A stretch of 60,561 nt of DNA, the filler included, from Globobulimina sp. (taxonomy: Eukaryota): NCBI GenBank assembly GCA_003354225.1. It is 9 parts of 9 records of this genome, joined end to end, with 100 filler letters (N's around TTAATTAATTAA, not from the genome) between each part and the next. Parts side by side here need not be neighbours in the genome. Positions count along the whole stretch, not along the records: positions 47,216 to 53,840 come from PIVH01000263.1; positions 53,941 to 60,561 come from PIVH01000264.1; 7 more parts are not named here. One strand, 5' to 3'. Below, in pieces: positions 53,782-60,561 of this stretch. Each line of letters opens with the position of its first letter. Position 1 is the first letter of the stretch. Below the pieces are notes generated by a model. It was not told the origin of the DNA, did no database searches, and saw nothing but the letters and a program-made list of their open reading frames with translations. The position numbers were made by a program, and so were the translations under genes.

Positions 53782-53840
53782 ATTATATATTATTATTCAT
53801 CATTTATTTACAGCTAGAAACAGTAATAAAACATTATGGA

Positions 53841-53940
53841 NNNNNNNNNNNNNNNNNNNNNNNNNNNNNNNNNNNNNNNNNNNNTTAATTAATTAANNNN
53901 NNNNNNNNNNNNNNNNNNNNNNNNNNNNNNNNNNNNNNNN
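53841..53940. other. Artificial contig linker
   Basis: 44N-TTAATTAATTAA-44N. Confidence 0.99.
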
Positions 53941-54007
53941 GTGGTAGTGGAGGAGGAGGACAGGTAAATTTCAGGGCCATTTAAGCGGATACAATTGGTT
54001 AATATAT

Positions 54008-54904
54008 CTAAGAATGTATTGGCCAATGACATATTGAATGAGGATGGCTTATATTTGGTTGCATTTGGTGAGGATGGATAGCTATTACTGGGCGATAAGG
54101 AGTCTGTTGATTAGAACGTTGCGAATGTGCGAATATGATAGGTTTGAGTATGAATGATGAATGTATACCTTTGGTGGTGGGTGGTTTTGAGCGGGATAGC
54201 AACCAATTATACATTTCAAATAAACGCGTAAAGCCATGTCGAAGGACACAGACTTTGCATGTGATGGATATTAATTTTATAATTGCCATGCAGTGCTCTT
54301 GCAAGTGATGATTGTTGAAATCATTTATTTCTGCACATATTATTATGACTAAATCGCAAAAAGCGTCAATTAATAAGTCGCCGATTTGGGGCCGTCTTAA
54401 TTGGCCTATTTTGGATATGGTTTCGAATTTGTTGTCAAAGCGTTGTATGAATGAGTCTATGGCTTGTTGGGACAGTGAGGATGACTCAGAATCTGATGAT
54501 GAGGAATTGGTTAAATACGTTGTAAATTCAATGATATCTTCGGATATTAATATATTTTCGCCACGTATTCCTGATTCAATTGATGCTAATAAAAACTCTA
54601 AACGCTCAATTGAATGTTCCTCAAAATCATCCAAAAGCAATGCCTTTGTGGGTTTGGGTTTGTGTTTGTGTTATAATGTGTTGTTGGGTTCATGCATTGT
54701 TTATGTTTGTAAATCATCGCAAAATCGCAAACAAAATACCTGAAGTTTCTGCTTTGCTAATTCTAAAACAGAAGTATTGAACTCAACGATATTATCTTTC
54801 ATTTCTGCTTCTTGGATATCATCATTTTGTAGTGTTACATTAAACAGATTTTGGTGTGGCAGTTCATTCCCTCCAGCTTCGGGTGAACCATGTTCATCTG
54901 TCAT
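54008..54904 (-). CDS. Hypothetical protein, at least 2 exons
   Basis: In-frame GT-AG intron 54644-54739 joins MTDEHGSPE...KLQ to ALLLDDFEEH. No family recognised. Confidence 0.5.
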
Positions 54905-55510
54905 ACTTTTTAGCTGAAATATAAAACTTTTTGGAAACGATGAAGCAAATACCACCCTGATAGTTACCGCTTTAGATATGGTAATATTATACCCCATAAG
55001 TTTATCAATGATATAAAGAAGCAGTATTTATACATCTTCGATTGTATGGTGATGTCAAGTGCTGTTTACTTCTGTTTACTTCAAGTAGATATCCATATTT
55101 TGCAGCTTCTAAACGTGAACCGAGATAATGGTTTAAATTTTAAAGTAATAAACAATATGCAAAGATCGATCACAAGCATGCAATGAAAAAATAAAACAAA
55201 AACAATATAATTTAAAATACAATCAACATTACATTTGATAATCATCAAAGGGACGTTGTCAGTTCAGTTGTCACAAGAATATAAATTGATTGGTGATAGA
55301 TAGCGGTGGCAAATCTATATATAATTATAAGTATAACAATAAAGTGTGCGATTGGTAACACTAAAAGTTACGTATACATACATGTAACTTGAGGCGGATT
55401 TGGCGGAAATAACGGAACCATTTGATATTGTAATGGTGTGTATCTTGCGTCTATAAAAAATACGATTATAATTATATTATTTACAAATTATAATGACTTG
55501 TAGAACGCCT

Positions 55511-56558
55511 TTAATTTACAGTACCTCTGGCCACATATGTCGGGGCTTGATGATATGATTGATATCCGTTATAGCCAATATTAAAAATACTGCTCCGTCT
55601 ACTCGTTACATGATTGTGTACATCAAACTGTGGCATAACTGCCATTGTGGTAACGTCTACGCTTTGATTGTGATTGTGATTGTGGTCTTGGTTGCTTGCG
55701 CCTGAAATAATTTGAGCAAGTTGATGTTGTATTTTATTTGTAATTACCTTTGGTTTTTGCCCACCGCCGTTGTCATGTATCCATTTGTTAATTGTTACCG
55801 AACTATTTATTTTGAATAAATAATCATGAATCTCTTTTGAATGTATTATGGTATTATGATTAATCAGTGGCTGTAGTCGTGTATTATTATATTTAACTGT
55901 ACCGTCAAATAATGCGGCAATAATTTTTAATAACAAAAGAGAATCATCGGACACGATCTGTATATGTATACAAATTACAAAAAGCTACTCAAATTACAAA
56001 AAGGAACTTATATATATTATTATTTTGTATATATATATTATATACCTTTTGAATGTGAGCAAAACTAGTTAACCAAAATAAGGCACCAAACAGCCGTGTT
56101 TTTGTTCGATCCCACCATTTCTTACCCACACCCCAATAATCTCTATATCGAGCGAATGCGGATTGTCTTCGCCTAATATTGATTCCATTCCATTCATTAA
56201 TTTTATTGCTTAATACTGTTAATGTGTTCTCAATTGTTTCTTGTTTAACTGTGAATTGTTTTGGCTGAAAGCCATTTAAAACTAATTCGTTGGTTACAAT
56301 TGATTGGAGTTTTTGTATTTTGATGTTTATTAACACGCGATCACGCTCCTTTTGTTTCAGGTGCTTGAAGTTTATACATCTAATTATAAATTACATACAC
56401 TCCGTACGTACCTTGAGCAGTTGTTTGGTTATTTTTATCCATTCACGATAATTGTGGCCAGGTTGAGCAGTTACACCATCAATATCTACGTACGCATTTT
56501 TTACTACGCGTTGTTTTCTTTTCGTTTCAACGTAACTTTCATGCGTTGGTTGGGTCAT
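55511..56558 (-). CDS. Hypothetical multi-exon protein; 3' end unresolved
   Basis: Three same-strand ORFs separated by short AT-rich segments that begin GTAC or GTAT. Confidence 0.4.
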
Positions 56559-56650
56559 TTTGGAGTTATGAAAAGTGTAAGTTATGAAAACTGCGCTTGC
56601 AGACTGTCCGCGCACTAAAATGAAAAACAATTACAATTATATAAACAGGA

Positions 56651-59464
56651 TCATTTTTTATTTGAATTTGTTAATTTATTCAATTTATTTATATCCAACG
56701 AAGCCAATACGTTTTTATAAACATGCGGCATGTGATCCGAAGCCATTCGCGAAGATATAATAATTTGATTAAATCCTTGTGGATCCGCTCTATATATAAT
56801 ATACTTATCATTTTTCAATGGATTTATTGATGATGGATTACAACATTTGCACCGACAGCAATTACAAAGTGTACTGCATAAACATGAACAACAAACAATT
56901 TCTTTAAATGTCGTATAACTGTTATTGTTTACTTCATTATCATTTATAATATGAAATATCATTCCAATTTGCTGTAATTTAATATTCCATAACGATGGTC
57001 CAAATGCAATATTCTTTTGCACTGCCAAACGACCCAATTCTTTAATATCATTATTTACATCACGCATAAACGCATTATGCACTTTATTTAAACATTCCAT
57101 ATACGTTTCTCTTCCTTCTTCCTCCGCTTCTTTCTCTTCTTCATTGCTATTAACAGCATTTGACTTTGGTGACTCTGGCAATATATCGATATCCACCATC
57201 ATATCATTTCGAATATAGTCCATTGACTGTTTCCTAACAGCCCGGTCACCGTCGTACAATACATAATTGTTTGCAACCAATGCATTTAATATAGTTTCAT
57301 TATTAACACTTAAGCCCTGTCTATACACCCACCATGACGACTGATCGCATTCTCTCAACAATCTCATTATCGCACATTTTACTTGCAACAAACTATTCCA
57401 TTGCGCTCGAGGCACCATATCCTTGTTATAAATAAAACATGTAATATGTTGCTCCAATCTCTGCCTATTCCGAGAGCCATATTCTGTATCAATGGATGGC
57501 GGTGCTGCTATACCGTAACAGTGAATATCTCGCTTATAATTGTTATTGTTACCCTGATTACGCAGCAAATGCAACGTCAACAATATAGAAACACCAGCAC
57601 CCAATGAATGACCAGTGACAATAATGCCATAATCGCGGTTATTTGCTAAGAATGTCTGTGTAATATTATGCTTTTCCAAGGCATCAAATAATTGTAACAT
57701 AGTCAATTTAAAGCCATCGTGTGCATAGCAATCACCATTCTCATCAATACTATGACATTGCGTGGGTTTACAATTGAAATCAATCATGCCATCAGGCATC
57801 GACTCTGAGCCACGTATCGCTATCACAACTTTCCTCTTCTTTCGATCAATGGCTATAAAGAACGTGATTTGATTCAAACCACTGAACTGTGAGGCTAATA
57901 ATAAGTCATTTCCCTTTATTCCAGCTCTACGGAGGAATACTTTGATAGTTGATAAACCACAGCAAGCTTTGCCATATATTCTATCGTCGGAATCATTCTT
58001 CATTCCGCTGGGTAAACAGCAGGGCATTGCGCATAATATACCCAATGGATATTCTAATGTATATAACGGCAATCCATAGGCTGCGATGGCATATTTGGAG
58101 AAATAGATACCTTCAGATACACGACATAACTCATCTGCACTCAATGCGGGTTGAATGCCGTTATATAAATAGGATTGAACTTTTTCTATATCATTTGCCG
58201 GTGCTTTATATTCACTGCTTTTAATATCATAATCGATGTCAGCATTAAATGTACCAAAACCATCAGCTTTATGAGTATGATTACAGTTTGTTAATAATGG
58301 CGATTCGGGTGTGACAGAGTGCGAATCTGAATGTGATTTTTCATATTTTTCATCCAATTGATGTGGTATTATGATCTCGGATACTTTTGTTTTATCATTT
58401 TTGCTTTCATCCTCTGTTGAAGTGTCTGCCAATGATATAAAATCATTATTTGCCAGCTCTTTATGTTTCTTCTTTTGATCCGTACCAACTTCTAATAATA
58501 TATCATTAGATTCCATTTTGAGAAACTGCATATTGTAGCATGCCATTCATAATTTGTAATTAATATAATTTTAAACGCAAAATCGCAAACAAAAATACGT
58601 AACTTTATGTTTATACTGTTTTGCATTGTATGGTTGATAGAATTTAACATCATGTATTTGATAATGTTTCTGTAACATTCTATACAACTGTAATCCAGTA
58701 AAAACATCCGAAGCGGCTAAGTCTTTGACATCATTCAAATAATCAGTTTCCATTAATAAGCCAATCATTGATGTCATTTCATTGAATGCCACATCAACAT
58801 TGTATCGATTCCACGCTCTGTTTTCCCATAAACACGCACAGCAAACACCTCGTAATTTTGACTCTATTTTCTTTGTTGTTACATCGTTTTCATGCAAATG
58901 CCCAGTGGAAGATGGACGTATTCTGCTTATTCCAGTACGGATGCTGGCATTGCTTCTATTCATTTCAGATAATGACTCAGTTTTTTGTTTGCTTTGTTGG
59001 CGAGACGTTGTTAAACAACAAACACCACAACACCCAATAAATAGAATGATCCAATTTATGAGAACAGACACAATTAATAAGATATCTGGTGTGGATCCTA
59101 AACAGTTTAGATCGCCAGCAATGATAAGGTATAAACCCCAAATTGCGATTGAAACATCCAGCAAATTCAATGCAGAGCGAATGTATAAAACCCGGGTCAA
59201 CCATACAGAATAAGCCATAACTTTCAACCGAACGCCAATGGATGTCCCGATAAAATTAATTAACACAATTAAACCATGGCAACCTAATGCTGCGTAAATA
59301 TAGTAATACAATATTTTCGAACAATCAGTGGTTGGTAAAAAATAATGTGTGATCAATAACGATATCACGAAAAACAAATGTAAAACAATCCCGCAACATA
59401 ATGGTAACACCAAATCCGATGCGCTTAGCAATAATCGACGACCCCCAAACTTAACCGATGGCAT
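56651..59464 (-). CDS. sn-1 diacylglycerol lipase (DAGL)-like protein: four TM helices plus lipase class 3 domain, 2 exons
   Basis: N-terminus MPSVKFGGRRLLLSASDLVLP; intron 58526-58603; YAIAAYG, VVIAIRGS, AHDGF, TGHSLGAG (Ser), KDMVPR (Asp), DHMP (His). Confidence 0.88.
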
Positions 59465-59623
59465 GGTCGTTGAGGGAAAAGCGGCGAATTTTTGAAAAAA
59501 CTTACTAAGTTATATAGTTAGCAGTGGGAAATGCTTTTATTGTTGCTATTTGTGATTGTATTGGTGCTGATTGGAATTTTTGTATTCATTGGGCGTAATT
59601 ATTTGTTAGAAAAATGGAATTCA

Positions 59624-60561
59624 ATGGTGATGAAACGGAAACCATTTGAAAAAGGAGACCATGTGTTCATATCCGATTTAATATTATCACCTCAGTATAA
59701 TAATTTGATTGGCGTAATCGCTTCAGATTTAGATACGAAAAAAAAGAGGTTTCCAGTCCAAATACAGTATCAAGAGAAGTACATTACTGTGAAACCTGAG
59801 AATTTATCATTTTTAACAAATGGAAAACACATTGAATCAATATTGAGAAACATTGGAATAAATGAAAGATCAAAGTACGCAGCAAATACTTCGGATGATT
59901 TTATACAAATATTATCAACAAAATATAGATCGTGTTCTCTGCCTCCATTAAATCGAATGTTTAATGCATCGCTTAAAAATTACCGAGAAAATGCCGATGC
60001 ACTTTATTGTGTTATTCAATATTTATCATTGTTTGGCTCGATTGGATTGAATAAATATTTTACTAAGTCATTTTGGACAAAGTATGTGGATAAATATGCT
60101 GCTTCTAATGCATTAAAATCTTTTTCAAACAGCAATTATTATCAAACTAATAATAATGATGTGGATAGTGATAGATTATCAGTCTTATTTTTGCATTTAT
60201 TTAATCATAAAATGTGTATAATTAAATATGAAAATTCATTCCGTGTTTTACAATCATTAAGCGACATTTGTAAATTTTCACTCATTCAAGAATTAAATCA
60301 AAGAAATTGGTTAAATACATTAGAAATGGATCATTTTTGGGATGCATTAATTGATATCATTTATTGCAAAACGTTAAATCAATCGAAATGGTTATTTGGT
60401 GATGAAATTGAGGAAAAGTATTTTGATGAAAATGAATCATTAAATGAAAAATTCCAAATTTGTATCATGGATGATTTGAATGTTGAAATGTTTATAAAAT
60501 CAGCAAATAATAGTATTTTATCACAAGTCAGTAAAATCGTGCCTGGAAACGTGTTTGTAAA
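59624..60561 (+). CDS. Protein with an N-terminal SH3/KOW-like module, open to the window end (absent from the ORF track)
   Basis: MVMKRKPFEKGDHVFISDLILSPQYNNLIGVI...RFPVQI...ITVKPENL; no stop in 312 codons. Confidence 0.7.
   Translation, partial: MVMKRKPFEKGDHVFISDLILSPQYNNLIGVIASDLDTKKKRFPVQIQYQEKYITVKPENLSFLTNGKHIESILRNIGINERSKYAANTSDDFIQILSTKYRSCSLPPLNRMFNASLKNYRENADALYCVIQYLSLFGSIGLNKYFTKSFWTKYVDKYAASNALKSFSNSNYYQTNNNDVDSDRLSVLFLHLFNHKMCIIKYENSFRVLQSLSDICKFSLIQELNQRNWLNTLEMDHFWDALIDIIYCKTLNQSKWLFGDEIEEKYFDENESLNEKFQICIMDDLNVEMFIKSANNSILSQVSKIVPGNVFV

Noticed and set aside
53778-53840. Intron after the PPR ORF leading to a DYW exon
   Set aside because: The GT...CAG candidate splices into an immediate TAG, and the contig ends shortly after, so nothing supports it.
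1-60561. Genome-wide stop-codon reassignment
   Set aside because: Conserved genes end at the expected places with TAA or TGA, and TAG ends other plausible genes (for example at 17599 and 31842). Only isolated internal stops occur (27201, 46629).

Overview
This window is not one locus. It is nine contigs of about 6.6 kb (1-6656, 6757-13405, 13506-20152, 20253-26897, 26998-33638, 33739-40378, 40479-47115, 47216-53840, 53941-60561), ordered by decreasing length and joined by artificial 100-bp linkers (44 N, TTAATTAATTAA, 44 N). The DNA is an AT-rich, gene-dense eukaryotic nuclear genome in the standard code with short GT-AG introns (55-125 bp). Gene content and style suggest a rhizarian protist such as a foraminiferan; this is inference only. 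Recognisable genes are AP-3 beta, EFHC1/RIB72, PIG-C, a DAGL-type lipase, a TLDc protein, two SPFH proteins, an Sfi1-repeat protein, a myosin-TH1 domain protein, DUF2817, a PLS-type PPR protein, a 7TM-RGS protein and a metacaspase-like protease. The best candidate for a new system is a predicted lipid-anchored globin-RGS fusion (21267-22274), a possible O2/NO-sensing regulator of heterotrimeric G proteins. Other oddities are a tyrosinase-fold protein lacking most copper ligands, a PCD-like protein lacking catalytic histidines, a spliced zinc-finger plus PD-(D/E)xK-like nuclease, and two bacterial fragments (rsmH-like, soeA-like) fused to contig ends. All family calls are by motif recognition; no database search was run.
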